64,000 bases of DNA, taken from the NCBI GenBank assembly GCA_047495785.1, contig JBLDXI010000029.1:1054001-1118000 (forward strand), written 5' to 3'. This document shows, piece by piece, positions 35,726 through 48,459 of this stretch (position 1 is the first letter of the stretch; each line of letters opens with the position of its first letter). A model generated the notes under the pieces. That model had not been told where the DNA came from. It saw only the letters and a program-made list of their open reading frames with translations, and made no database searches. A program made the translations under genes and the position numbers. This DNA comes from Lepidodermella squamata (Eukaryota > Animalia > Gastrotricha).

Positions 35726-36652
35726 ATGCGGGTTTTTATTCCGCTGTTACTCGTAATCGGATTTGCAGACGCTTCTTTTTGGCAAAATAGCCGTCTCGAC
35801 GCGTTGCCCGCTCGTTTGCAAGGTTCGGCGAAATTCGCCGCCGAACGAATCCGGAACGAATTATTTCCGAATTGCGCCGATCCGGATTTTGTTTTACCAT
35901 CGCAAATCCCTGCCGCTGTAATGAAACCGATCGAAGTAACCGTTTACTTCGAAAGCCTGTGCCCGGATACCTACATGTATTTCGTCAATCAATTGTACCC
36001 GTTATTTTCCGACCCTGAAATGGCTGAAATCGCCCAGCTCAGATTTGTTTCGTACGGAAACGCTGTTGTAAGATCGCGCGAAAATTCCGAGAAAAATTGC
36101 GAAAATTGAATATTTTCAGACGCGATTCGACCACGAGAGCAACATGTATACTTTCGATTGCCAGGTTCGAAAATCGGATCAACTGATTAAAGTTTAAATT
36201 AATTTTTTATTTTATTTTTAGCATGGTTTGTGATGAATTTTTTGGTATGAAATTTTTTCAAGTCGCGTTTTTCAGGACACAAAGAATGCTATGGAAATAT
36301 TGATCATTTGTGTTTTTACGAAATAACAAAAAATGTCACGTTTTCCCTCGAGTTTTACACTTGTTTCTACAAAGAAGTATTCGAAAAGCGGAGGAGCCCC
36401 TTCGAAGCCTCTGAGGACTGTGCCCAGCCTCTTAGCTACGATGATTTTTACAAATGGGTCGAATGCGCAGATGGGAAAGTCGGTAATGAATTACTAGCCG
36501 CGGCTGGTCGGGAGACGCAAAGCCTCAGTCCGCGACATACTTTCATCCCATGGACTACGTTCAACGGCAAGGGTTCTCAGGACATCAACAACGTGGCGCG
36601 GCGGGCTTTGAAATGGATGGTTTGGCTGTTTTGGAACAAGGCGAATGCGTGA
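35726..36652 (+). CDS. GILT paralog 2, active site CPDT, contains a 4-nt micro-exon
   Basis: Exons 35726-36067, 36120-36164, 36222-36225, 36276-36652. Spliced signature CQHGHKECYGNIDHLC. Confidence 0.88.
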
Positions 36653-37482
36653 AAAAATCGAAAACCATATATTTTTACTATTTTTTCGCGAATTTTTAAA
36701 ATAGCAATTGGAAATTATTGTATAAATTTTTTTCGTAAAATCTCAATAATTGTACATTGCTCATCATATTTTTGCCAGAAATTTCTCAACATTCTATGTT
36801 TAGATAACTCATTTTTCTCTGCATTATTTAGAGGTGTAAAGTCAAAATAAAATTTTCAAAATATTTCCTCTAATATACACGGCGCGTGAGAAGTTTGTGT
36901 TTTGTTCTATATATAAGTGCAGTTTATCACACTGTCTTTGCACTCCTCAAAAAGCGGCGCCTTTTCGCTTCTTACCCACACTTATGCCACCTTAAAATTA
37001 TTGAGAGTCAACTAGCTTTTTATGCACCGAATAGGCACCTTATATTTAAGATCTTTATTTATTTTCTTTCATATTTTTCTACATAGAAAAAAGCAGCTGT
37101 ATCGATCCATTTACCTGTTTACTGGTTGCCAGAAAAATTGCTGCTATGGCAGTGTTTAATCGAAAAATGCTGAAATTGTTCTTAGAGCGCACTTGATAAC
37201 AAAATTTTCCCGTCCCTTACAAAAAAAGCGCGTACGCAAAATCAAGCTTTATTTTCTTATTAATATTTACCGACTAAACATTTTACACGCTGCACTAAAA
37301 TACCGCAATTTAGGGACATTTTAGGACATTTCGCTTCTTCCTTAAAAAATCTTCTCTCGCTCTTCTTTTTTCGCTAAATTTGGAGATAGTCACGTATCGA
37401 GGTTGGAAAGATGCAGCCAGGGTGTCTAAAATATATTTAGCACTGCATTTTTCATTTGCGTTTTTTCCGGAAAATTTTGAGT

Positions 37483-39468
37483 ATGCATTTTTTGGCATTT
37501 TTTATTTCAATCTTAGCGTTCGTTGAAGGACAGAAACGGGCATCAGTAAAACGTGTGCCCGATTTTCCGGAGAAGTTTATAAATTTCCGGGATGCCAGGC
37601 TGAGCCTGCCGGCTAATCTGACAGGCTATGCTCCGGTGCAAGTTGCGATTTATTACGAATCGCTGTCGCCGGCTAGTCGCAAGCTGTTCATGAAACAAGT
37701 TCATCCGCTGGTTTTTCAAAATCGCCTGCCTAAAGAAACGTACAGCCTGGAATTGGTGCCGTATGGAAGATCTCTGGTAAGATTGTTTCCTTGATTTCTC
37801 GTTCTAAAATCATCACCATTTTTCTCAATATTCGAAATTCAAATGGTTGACACATAGCTTTATTACTATAGCGTTCTAACTAAGAATAGCGAGGGAAATC
37901 AAATAGAAAGCAGGTAGAATATAGTCAAGGTAATACTGGAGAGGACCCTCAAAAATTCGTAAGTTGTCAAATTATGGAAAAAAATGAAAAATCCCCAATT
38001 TTAGCAACGTTTTCGACCTAAAAATATCAAATATACTATAGAATACAATTTTCTGGAAGAAATATAGGCATGCATTTTTCGATCGTCCATCGATCACTTG
38101 CACTTCTTGTAGTCGAGAATCGTAAACGGCTTGTTATGATTTAGTGTAAAGACGACAAGCATGTCAACTACCTTATTATTTTATATTATTTTAGGGTTCG
38201 TAACTAGACACTGTGAGCTGTTCCCAAAACCTAATAAAAAATCGGCCATTTTTAAAAATTATTTCGGCAAAAATGTTCTTTTGGTTTCCGCTGTTCCCAA
38301 AATGGTTGATTTCAGCTTCCATAGTTCTTGGCCTCCTTTTTGTCGCGAAGGAGCGAGCATTTAGGGGACATTTTTGGCATTTGCCTGATCAGTCTTCTGA
38401 GACAAATATCTGAAAAAAAATACAAAAAATGCTCCTGGCTCAAGTTAGAATTCGCTTGAAGAAAATAAATGTGCCCAAAGAATTTAGATGGCCTGAGAAT
38501 CACAGGGAAATGATTCTATTCACCGAATACAAGGATTGTGGGACAATTTGAGGGTCGCAGTCTTGTTTCCTTTGCCCAATTATGAGAATTGTCCCGTGAC
38601 GACTATGTCATTCGTGTCAAGTTGAGCAAACAGTGACGCAAATAAATAGAGTGCCACATTATAAGTTGGATAACAAATTTCTAATTGTGCACTATTTCGC
38701 TGGAAAATCTACCATTTTTTCGAAATTGAAATTTTGGTAATTTTGGTATTTTACCGGGTTCTCATGGCATTTTGAATTTTTCTGGCTTTGGGACGCGATT
38801 TTGTCTCTCATTTTAGACTTTCTGATCCCTTGTCCGAGTATTTTATTTAATTCAGTTTTTTTTAAATATTTTGTTAATATGTTGCAATTATTTTCAAAAT
38901 TGTAGACTCGATTCGATGAAGAGTCGCAATCGTTCATGTTTCTGTGCCCGCGCGGGCCGGACGAGTGCCAGGTCAACATGTACACGGCGTGTTTTGCGGT
39001 GAAATTCCGCAACGCGACGCAGTCGGCCGCGTTCGCACGCTGCATGCTCGCCGAAGTTATCGACGCCGAGCAGTCGATCGAATGGGCGGCTAGGCAGTGC
39101 ATAGAACCGGCTAAAATTCGCAACTACACGGCGTTTGAGCAATGGAAAAACTGCCACGCCGCCAGCACCGAGGCGCAATTTCTGCTCGCTAATTTGGGCC
39201 TGCGGACCGGCGCGTTATCGCCTAATTTCGGCGGCTTCCCATGGCTGACTTTCGACTCGGTTCGTTGTGTCGTTATTATTATTCGATTTGCATAAAATTA
39301 CAGCGTGTTGCAGTAATAATCATTTTCTGAATTTTATTTATATTTATACTGCTACAGCTCGGTTCAATTGCGATTAATGAAGAAGGCCAGCGCACTTTGG
39401 CTCAGACTATTTTGAAGTTTTGGTACGCGAAAAATTCAGTCGGAAAAACTGAAAAGGCCAAAAAATGA
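37483..39468 (+). CDS. GILT paralog 3, active site SPAS (no cysteines)
   Basis: Exons 37483-37776, 38906-39259, 39358-39468. YYESLSPAS, VPYGR, CPRGPDECQVNMYTAC. Confidence 0.85.
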
Positions 39469-39594
39469 ACTGAACATGGAAAATTGTTACTCCAATATTT
39501 TTTATTTTTGGAATTTTTAATAAATTAAAACTGCTGATTTTTTTTAATTTTAAATTTTGATTAATTTTTTAGGGCAGAAATTTAAGAATTTGCG

Positions 39595-42099
39595 ATGTTT
39601 TTGAGATTTTGCCTGTTAGCCGGTGCAATTTCGGTGATTTCTGCCCAGTGGCGGGGTCGAAATTACGACAAGGACCGGCCGCCCGCTTTCCCATCGCGGT
39701 TTTCGAACAATTTCAACGAAGCGAAAGCGGCGCTGCCGAAGGATTTTTCGAATTATAGCCCGGTTACCGTGACGATTTACTTCGAGTCGCTTTGCCCCGA
39801 TAGCCGTAATTTTATCCTCAATCAAGTCTACCCGCTGGTTTACGACCGCGTCCTGCCCGGTGATATGTACCGGCTCGAGTTTGTTCCCTACGGCAATGCT
39901 GTGGTAAATTTTAGTATTATTAATTAATTTATATATATATATTATCAGGCCGAACCTTCTCCCGTTATCGGATGATGTTTCAAGCCTCTGAAAACTTATA
40001 TTCTTTACTCCAAACTCATAAGCACTTCACTAATTCTAGATGAATTCATTGAACGGAAAAATACAGAATACCGAACCAGTTACCATCGGAGCTTCAATTT
40101 TATAGATAAATGGCGTGGATACCGAAAGTTTAGCCACTGTCTTCTATTTTTTCCATTCCCCTGCCTTCAATTTCGGGTCTGCATCATAATACTCGCCGCT
40201 TGTATAGTGATGTAATCGGAGAGTGTTTAAAAAGCGCGGCTGAAGGATCGGCTACTTTATTTTCAAGAAAGACGAACGCGGCGACGGTCATCAGCCCATC
40301 GTGCAAAGCGTGGACGGTGAATAGCTGTTTGAATAGTTTCGGAACTATCTTGAACGTGCCATATATAAACCAGCGGCTAGCTTCTTCTAGACGAATAAAA
40401 CCTTCGACCCTTAAATAAATGTATTTTCGAAAGTTTTGAAAAAGTCCTGGTTTCGCTTTGTTTTCTGAAAACGAGTTTGATTCCAGCTTTAGGCAAATTG
40501 CTTCTAACAATTCAGTTCTTTTTGAGGAAAATGATGCCTTCCACCGTTTTGGAGTCGGTCCTATTTTTCGCTGGCTTAAGCGCAAATTTTAACTGAGAAA
40601 ATAATTGTTCGGCGCCTGTTGAAGTCGCAGGTGTTACATATAAGAATTGACATGGCAGCTTTTCCGAGGTTCAAACTACGATTTTTCGTGATTCGGGACC
40701 AAAAATCTAGCAAAGATTGTCAGCTTCTATCGTGAGAGCACGTGATATTAAGGAGACCACAGATTCCTATCGTATGGTTTTGAAACTGTAAAGAGATTTT
40801 TCACATGAGGCAAAATGTAGTCCATAGTTTTGATCAATTTGGCTGTCGCCCCTCCTCCAAAAGGTGCCAATATACCATGGTCTTAGTGGTGTTCCGTCGA
40901 ACAGACACCGTCTTCGTCTGGTCTATCGAAAACGTATCTAATATCGTCGTCCTTGGGTTCCGGCGGTGGATGTTTGAGAATGAAAACTAGCGCTGCCAGC
41001 CAGTGATTCAACAGGTTCAACAAGCCATTGATCAGCCGAAAAACGACTTGCGAACTTCAAAAGTTCGATGCGAATCGATCGAGTTGGGATGAAACGATTT
41101 TTGAGCACGTTTTCAGAGTCTGTTAACTGTTAATCTGTCTGTATTGATTTATTCACCATCTGAAAAAATTGAGCGTCGAAATTGTTGTATGGCCGCCCGG
41201 ATAATCCGACAGCTAGGCAGATTTTTTCTTCATTATGGTTTCTTGTTAATAAGAGCAGAGAAGTGAAGAGTTTGAGTTTGCTGGAAGGGTCGAAAGAAAA
41301 GTCCCATGTGCCCAATTTCCAGTAAAATGAAAATAAGTGGGGGAAATTTAAGTTCTCTCGACCAGGGGTTTTTGGCTTAAAATTGAGCTGAATTTAGGGT
41401 CCTAACTATTTTTCTCGATGTTTTCTCGTATAATAATAATTAAGTACTGGCAATTTTTTTACTTCTTCCAATTTAATAATGAGTCATCTTGAATTTTAGA
41501 CCTATTTCGACTCTGCTACCCGCACTTATACGTTCTCATGCCAGCACGGTGCCGAAGAGTGTGAGGGTAACATTTACGAGGCGTGCCTCGACTCGGTTCT
41601 CGGCAATGCGACGAAATCGGTCGCATTTTTCCGCTGCATGTTCAACGAAATTTTCAACGGCGCGAACGCAGACAAGGCGGCGGCGCGGTGCATGGCGCCG
41701 GTGAAGGTGCGTTCCATCGACACGTACAACGCCTGGGTGCAGTGCAACTCGACAACCACCGGCCAGGCCTTGCACGCGACGATGGGCGAGCGCACCAAGG
41801 CACTGTCGCCGAGACATACTTTCATCCCGTGGACAACTTTTGACTCGGTGAGATTTTGAAATTCGAATAAAGCCGGCACAATTTTTTTCGAAATCCTGAT
41901 TTTCAAAGCAGGTTGCAAATTTTGAAATTTGAAATTAAAAAATAATCCACTTGAAATTCGATTTTTTTCCATTTTTCTTAACTCAATTGTTTGGATTCAC
42001 CGTTCATTTCAGGCCGGTTCCAATGCGATCAATAACGCTGGTTTTTACGACCTGGCAGAAACGATTGCGAAATATTGGTACAACAAAAACATGCCGTGA
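39595..42099 (+). CDS. GILT paralog 4, active site CPDS
   Basis: Exons 39595-39903, 41500-41847, 42013-42099. ESLCPDS, CQHGAEECEGNIYEAC. Confidence 0.9.
40184..40600 (-). mobile_element. Mutator-like (MULE) transposase remnant in a GILT4 intron
   Basis: WFIYGTFKIVPKLFKQLFTVH matches the MULE W..DGTF..P..F.QLYT.H motif, with the catalytic D lost. Confidence 0.75.
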
Positions 42100-42472
42100 T
42101 TGCTTGGAAAGTAATTTTTCAAAATTTTTACGCCCTTTTATTAAAATTTTGAGGTGGTGATCTTTGTTGAAATTACTATTTGTTCAATTTTACTCAATAT
42201 TACTGCTATTTTTCGTTTTTCTCGTACTTATTGTTGCTCTGCTTTTTGTTACAACGAATCATGATGAAGAATGCGCTATTCTCCGCTCGCTCTATTACCT
42301 CTGGAAAATGAATCTCGTCAGTATTTTTCAGTGCTTTTCTTGTTGCTTTCGATGAGAATAAAAGGTGGACATATGATTTATTTCGATATCACCCGGCATG
42401 GTTCAATGTATTACAATGAGAGTGTGATGTTTCGAACTAGTGATTAGAAAAATTCGAAGCAGAACACGTTTG

Positions 42473-42865
42473 TTAGAAGGTGGAACCGGCAGCGGTTTTC
42501 GAGCCATATCTTGCGGTGTGAGAAACCGATGTATCTACAATATTGACGGTCATTGAATAGGGATGCTTCCACGAGAAGAAGTAGAATATAGCACTGACTA
42601 CCAATAACGACATCAAAAGCCCGACTGAAATTGACAAATCCTGAGCTCCACCTGGCGAATTCATGAACCCAATGGCTATTGAAGCAATGAAGATAGAAAT
42701 ACTGACGATTATTGACAAGGCAATTCTTCTCATTTCAGGGAAAAGTTTGATGCCTTTTTTAGCCCGTAACCTCATTACAGACAAAAGCCCAGACAGCAGA
42801 ATGATCAAATTGTAGACTAAAGCCGCCCCAATTCAAGCCGAGCCAAACGTGGAGTGGCAAGTGGA
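42473..42865 (-). pseudogene. 3' fragment of a class C GPCR paralog
   Basis: Homologous to about 44990-45325. A Trp codon is changed to TGA near 42833 and the upstream part is missing. Confidence 0.85.
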
Positions 42866-42942
42866 AATAATTAAAAATCGGAAAAATTACAAATAGTGCC
42901 AGTCTCGAGGACCGACATGAGCAGCATCACGCCATTGAGATA

Positions 42943-43712
42943 CCGTAACGTGTGGTGATTGTGGACACGGTAACTTTGGACACTTTCGGCTTTGTAGGTG
43001 TTTAGCTTTTCAGGCTTGAACGTTTAAATCATGAGGGTTTTTACATAAAATTCTCCGTCTCTTCAGCTTTCGTTTGACATAAAAATCAAGACGATTGGAG
43101 CTGAAATCGAATTTCAGAAAAAGTTGCAAGCAGTTAGACTTTGGGTGCCGTTTTGGGACCCCCCTTCTATCTTTCTAAAAATCGAACAGTTTTCAATAAA
43201 AATTGGCATGAGCATTCTCCTATATTCACTCTCCCTATAATCGAAGAAAAAATGACAATCCGTCGACGCGTTTTATCAGGACATATACCTGAAAAACAGG
43301 TGAAAATTGGGGTAATTTTGGACACTTTTGGACGGATTAAGTATGCTGCTGCGCAGAAACGTAGTTTTATTGAACTTCCGAGAAACAGATGATGCGCCAT
43401 CTGTTCATAATTTTTTTCGATATCTGACCCAAGATTAAATGAAAAACCATGAATAACAGATAATTCACAATGAAATTGCAATGAAATTGCATATGCAAAT
43501 GAGTGTCCAAAACTACCCTCTAATTGTCCAAAGTTACCGGAACACATATTAATTAGCCAAAGGTCAGGTAAAATTCTCAATTTTTCTAGAAATTGCAGTA
43601 AATTCAAGAATCACCGTCCCCACCTTTGGTAAAAATTTCAGAAATTTAGGAGCAAAGCCTGATTTTTAATGTTCGAAAAACACGTTTTGTCCAAAGTTAC
43701 CACTCGTTACGG
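42943..43712. mobile_element. Tc1/mariner-superfamily (pogo-type) MITE
   Basis: Imperfect TIRs CCGTAACG(T/A)GTGGT...TGGACA with TA on both sides; no coding capacity. Confidence 0.8.
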
Positions 43713-44089
43713 TAAGTTATTGTGATAATATAAGTTTACTTCAAAATAAAGATGAGCAAAATGGTAAATCATTCAATGCAGCTTTTATGTCTTTCGTGTG
43801 TTTCCCTAATGGCAACGGATGTTACTAAGACTCCCTCACGTTAATCATTTTTACCCATCCTTTGATTCGTGTTCACAAAACTGACGCATCAATGACGCCA
43901 ATTGGAGTAATGATATACTAACCGTAATGAGATGCTCGCTAGCGGATCAAAGTGATAAACTTGCCCGGCGGGAAGATGACAAACTTTAGAAGAATTGTTG
44001 CAGAATTTAAGCGCGACCATTGCATCATTTGTTAATTTTTATTCCTTCAAAGCAGCAGATTTCTACGAAGACTTCTACACTTGGCGAAG

Positions 44090-44586
44090 ATGAATAACCA
44101 ACTGGCTTTCTTGTTCGTTGCCTTCGGTGTCCTGGCGTTAATGACTTTTGCAAGTTAGTTGCTCTCGAAGTTTGGTAATCAAATTAGTATAATTTCTATT
44201 CCAATTGCGATTAGATGCCATCACTTGCTATGAAGGCTATGGTACCACGACCAGCAGTCTAGGCACCTGCGGAAATTCATCAGTGGATTATTGCATTGTA
44301 AGTCTTTACTGGAGAGATAACGAAGGGCAATCACATAGTTTGCGTATCAAAATAGAAAATTGTCGTAACATCCGGATCGCAGGTCGCAACTTACCGTACT
44401 TGCGCCTTGAGCGTGTGCAACCCGACTTCTACGTGCAGTGGCGGATATTGTTCAACTGGCACCTGCTGTTCCTACACTTACTGCAACACTGGCGCAAAGT
44501 TTACATCGGTCAGCATTCATGGATTTTACGGAGCAGCTTTGGCACTCTCTGTTGTCAGTTTCCTTGTTGTTGGATGGCAGCACTAG
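44090..44586 (+). CDS. Ly6/three-finger protein, copy C
   Basis: Same 3-exon structure as copy A; ITCYEG...CCSYTYCN and a GPI-type tail. Confidence 0.85.
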
Positions 44587-44935
44587 TATTAATGGAACAT
44601 TTGGTTCATATTCTGAATATTGAATATTGCTAATTCTGAAAGTTCCTGCAATGACTAATAATCAAGCGTAACATTTTGACCAAAAGAGCGCATATTTGTT
44701 ATCTTTTTATTTAAAAGATTTGCAACACGAAATGAGGGCAATTCGTCGTAATATAACAATGCAGATGAGAACACGTGCTAGGCTTCTCTTGGACACGTAA
44801 CTCCATTGAACGAGTGACCTTAAGACCTGTTATTTAGCCTTCATTCAGCTTAATCATGTCGCATGAAACAGACATGAGAGCTTGGCGTCCCAACTCTGGG
44901 CCCAACTTTCTTTACATAGAAGCAGGAAACGATTA

Positions 44936-47248
44936 TCAGTACATTGTGGTGTTAGCAATAGTGGATCGCCTGTTTGCAGAGACGCGATCTGATGTTTCAA
45001 CAGCATTGAGCGCCATTGAATTGGTATTTTTCCATGACAAAAAGTAGAATATAGCACTGATTACTAATGACGACATCAAAAGCCCGACTGCCATCGACAA
45101 ATCCTGAGCTCCACCTGGCGAATTCATGAACCCAATAGCTATTGAAGCAATGAAGATAGAAGTGCTAACAATTATTGACAGGGCAATTCTTCTCACGTCA
45201 GGGAAGAGTTTGATGCCTTTTTTAGCGCGTAACCTCATCACGGACAATAACCCAGACAGCAAAATGGACAAATTATAGACTAAAGCCGCCCCAATCCAAG
45301 CAGAACCGTATTCGGAGTGACAAGTCACGGCTAGAGCTTTGACGTATGCATCGGCAGATTCAAAATATCTAATTTCTCGAACAGTAGTCATTACATAAGG
45401 GGTATCAATCGTCATCCAAATGACGTAGTAGATGATCGCTAAAATCAATATGCACCATGTTTTGATCAAGACTAACATTCGGCCAATCTTGATCTCAGGA
45501 AGCTGACGATATCGTTTGACCCCGCTAGGAATAGGTCGCAAAGCTCTTGACAATTCGAATGCTTCAACGCTGAGGGAAGCAAAGAGCAGAGTGACTCCAG
45601 CTGTAATGAAAAACAGACTTGCTCTGCACAGCATTGTAGACTTCATCTCAGCATTGGCAGATACCAATGCTGATGAAGCATCGAGCAGAACAAAGCTGAG
45701 AATGAAATTTGCATCTTGTTTAACGAGATTGCTAAAAGATCCGAGAGATTTTAGGATTCTAATCACTAGGAATGAAGCCAAAGCTAAAATGTGTGAACCA
45801 GATGCTACTATGATGACAACAAATCCAACGATGGAATTACCGGTGATAACTACTATTTCATCAGCTGAATCTTTTGGCATGAAAGTTGCCGAAAATGGCT
45901 TCTTTGATGTTATGACGAAGGCATTTGAGTCGGAAAAATAATCTGCGGTCTCTTTCATTGCTACGACGTATCTTACAACTTGGCCCACGCCGATTTGGTA
46001 ACTCGTTAGTGTTTGAGGTTCTCCGTCCCATTCCATTCGCTTCGAGTAGTAGAACTGGCCTGTTCTCATGTTTTTGAAAGAAAGTTGAGCCACACTTTTG
46101 TTAGAGACAGAAGCTATAAGAATTGGGTCTTTTCGATAGTCCCGCAAGGTCATATTCAATGTTTTAAGTTTGTTTTCAGTCACCTCCAGTGTTCTCATCG
46201 CAGTCATAGCAGCGTCGTAGCACAAGTGACGGAAAAGGTCGCCATATTCTTTTGTACGCGTCTTATCTGCATAAATACGCTCGAAATCGTTGTAACTGAG
46301 GCCCATCTCATCAATACCGTTGTTGGGTAGGACCTGCGGATCAGCTGGGCCAGAGACTATAGTTCTGGTGAGTTGCTCCATGTAGATGTCTATAGTGCAG
46401 CCTGGCGGATACACTGCAATGCCGTACGGGTCAGCGTAGCCAACACTAGCCACGAAGAACAAATATCTGTCCCCTTTCAAGCCAAATTTGTAGAGTTGGC
46501 ACAGGAATATTGCAATTGAGCGCCAATCAGCGGCGTCCATTGAGAAAACACGAATATCCGCGTCTTTCAGCATTTGAATGAATTCATCAGTGAAATCAGT
46601 GACTGCCTCAAACTTTAAAACGTCAAAGCCAGTTCGAACCAAAGCACTGTGAAGGAAGGTGGCAGACTCAGTATTGAAAGCATTCCCGTTAAGGACTGCG
46701 ATGACTGCGATTTTTCGAATCTTTGTGAATTTCTTTAAGAATTGAACACGTGCAATAAGAGCGATTTCAGCTGATGCTCGGACACGGTAGAGGTTAGGCA
46801 ACAGGTCGCGACGGTTAGTGAGACTAGGGGCTGGACAAGACGTTGCAATCACCACCATATTCAAATGATTCGCGACAGATCCCAAAGTTTTACACCCTGC
46901 AATGAAAATGGGTCCCAATGCCACTGGTGACGGGATGAAATCTGGAGCTTTGGTCGAGTCGAAATATTCCCATTGGAATCGAACAGCCTGCTGTGCTGAC
47001 CCGGCAGTATTGACGATTTCATCACGATGGTCCAGCTCGACGTAGTAGTTGGGTAAGATGTCGCTTCTGTTGTTGACCAGCTCGACAGCCAGGTCTTGTG
47101 CCTGAGCGCAGCGGTTGAATTCTACGCCAGGAATGCCCGAGACGACTGGAAGAACCGACAACATTCTAAGCCGAAATGGCTTAGAGGAGCATCCAAGCTC
47201 TGCTGAGGTCAGAAGTATTAATAACACGCTAAGTAAGTGCAGATTCAT
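44936..47248 (-). CDS. Intronless GABA-B-like class C GPCR, about 770 aa
   Basis: Signal peptide from MNLHLL, Venus-flytrap start AVELVNNRSDILPNY, PSLTNRRDLLPNLYRV, no Cys-rich domain, and a 7TM region. Confidence 0.88.
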   Translation of the reverse strand: MNLHLLSVLLILLTSAELGCSSKPFRLRMLSVLPVVSGIPGVEFNRCAQAQDLAVELVNNRSDILPNYYVELDHRDEIVNTAGSAQQAVRFQWEYFDSTKAPDFIPSPVALGPIFIAGCKTLGSVANHLNMVVIATSCPAPSLTNRRDLLPNLYRVRASAEIALIARVQFLKKFTKIRKIAVIAVLNGNAFNTESATFLHSALVRTGFDVLKFEAVTDFTDEFIQMLKDADIRVFSMDAADWRSIAIFLCQLYKFGLKGDRYLFFVASVGYADPYGIAVYPPGCTIDIYMEQLTRTIVSGPADPQVLPNNGIDEMGLSYNDFERIYADKTRTKEYGDLFRHLCYDAAMTAMRTLEVTENKLKTLNMTLRDYRKDPILIASVSNKSVAQLSFKNMRTGQFYYSKRMEWDGEPQTLTSYQIGVGQVVRYVVAMKETADYFSDSNAFVITSKKPFSATFMPKDSADEIVVITGNSIVGFVVIIVASGSHILALASFLVIRILKSLGSFSNLVKQDANFILSFVLLDASSALVSANAEMKSTMLCRASLFFITAGVTLLFASLSVEAFELSRALRPIPSGVKRYRQLPEIKIGRMLVLIKTWCILILAIIYYVIWMTIDTPYVMTTVREIRYFESADAYVKALAVTCHSEYGSAWIGAALVYNLSILLSGLLSVMRLRAKKGIKLFPDVRRIALSIIVSTSIFIASIAIGFMNSPGGAQDLSMAVGLLMSSLVISAIFYFLSWKNTNSMALNAVETSDRVSANRRSTIANTTMY

Positions 47249-47947
47249 TGCCGTAAATTTGTCGCTGTGATTATTTTCTCCTACTCGCATATAATTTTCC
47301 CGCACTAAGCCACTTACTATGACAAAAAAGCTGGATGTAGCACGCACGAAGTAGGCGCATGTCGCTGTAATTCCCCTTTTAAGTTGTCGAGCCGAACAGC
47401 GCGCATCCGTCCTGAGTCCATATGACCCAATTCATGCATCAATAGCAGTGCATTCCAAGGTCGCACGATCAACCCTTCCTCAGGCAGCTATTGAATGGTT
47501 TCAAATTGCAAGTTTAGCTCACTGTCTTTTTTATTGAATTTTTTGTGAGCTGTACTTCACTTTTGTGATTCATTGATAAGCGAGTAATTTGTCAATGGTC
47601 GCACTTTTTCGAAGGTCAGATGAGATTGCACCACTTTGACATCAAATGTGGACATTTTGTACGCGCGGCAGCATGCGCTTGAAAAACGAAATCTGATGTT
47701 GTTTGCAAAATGTGATGAAGCAATATAACTTTTTGGGAACAAAATACAGCATGATAATTAATATTCGTGACTCCATTGATAACCAGTTTTTTTGGGGAAC
47801 AGGAATAAAAGACACACTTCTCAAATGAAAATTGAGGATTTTTTATCAATTCGATTGCATTTAAGGGATATGGCATATACTTTCTATTACTCTAGCAGTC
47901 ATTTTGCTTTAGGTACATTTTGTGAAACGAAAAAATTGATTGCTTCA

Positions 47948-48459
47948 TCAGGAAGAATGGAACCATCCAACATGCTGGAAACTCGCGAAGAGAGCTGCCA
48001 CAATCGTGCAGTAGTAACCCGCCCGCATGCTCGCTGTTGTCATCCTACTGCCTGTGTTGCAGTAATTTGTGCCACAGCAGTAAACTTTTCCACAAGTTCC
48101 GGTTCCGTCGCCATAGCACACATAATACGGGATGCACCTTGCGGATGTCTCGCACCAACGGGAGTAAGCGACATAGGCCCCGGTAGTATACACAGCTTTC
48201 TGTATCGATAAAAATAATAGCATTTCGTTAATTCTTCTAGCAAGAGCATACCATGCAATAAATAACTGAAGAATTGCCACACTGGCGTGTTGGATTAGAC
48301 GTTTCGCCAGAGCCATCATAGCAATAGATGGCGTCTAACCGAAATTGAAAACTTGGTAAATGCTTAATGAACTGAAAACTTCGCGACAGACTAACTTGAA
48401 AATGACGTCAACGCCAGGACAGCGCTAGTCGTATACATGAAGGCCAGTTGGATATTCAT
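47948..48459 (-). CDS. Ly6/three-finger protein, copy D
   Basis: 3 exons; IYCYDG...CCGTNYCN and a hydrophobic tail. Confidence 0.85.
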
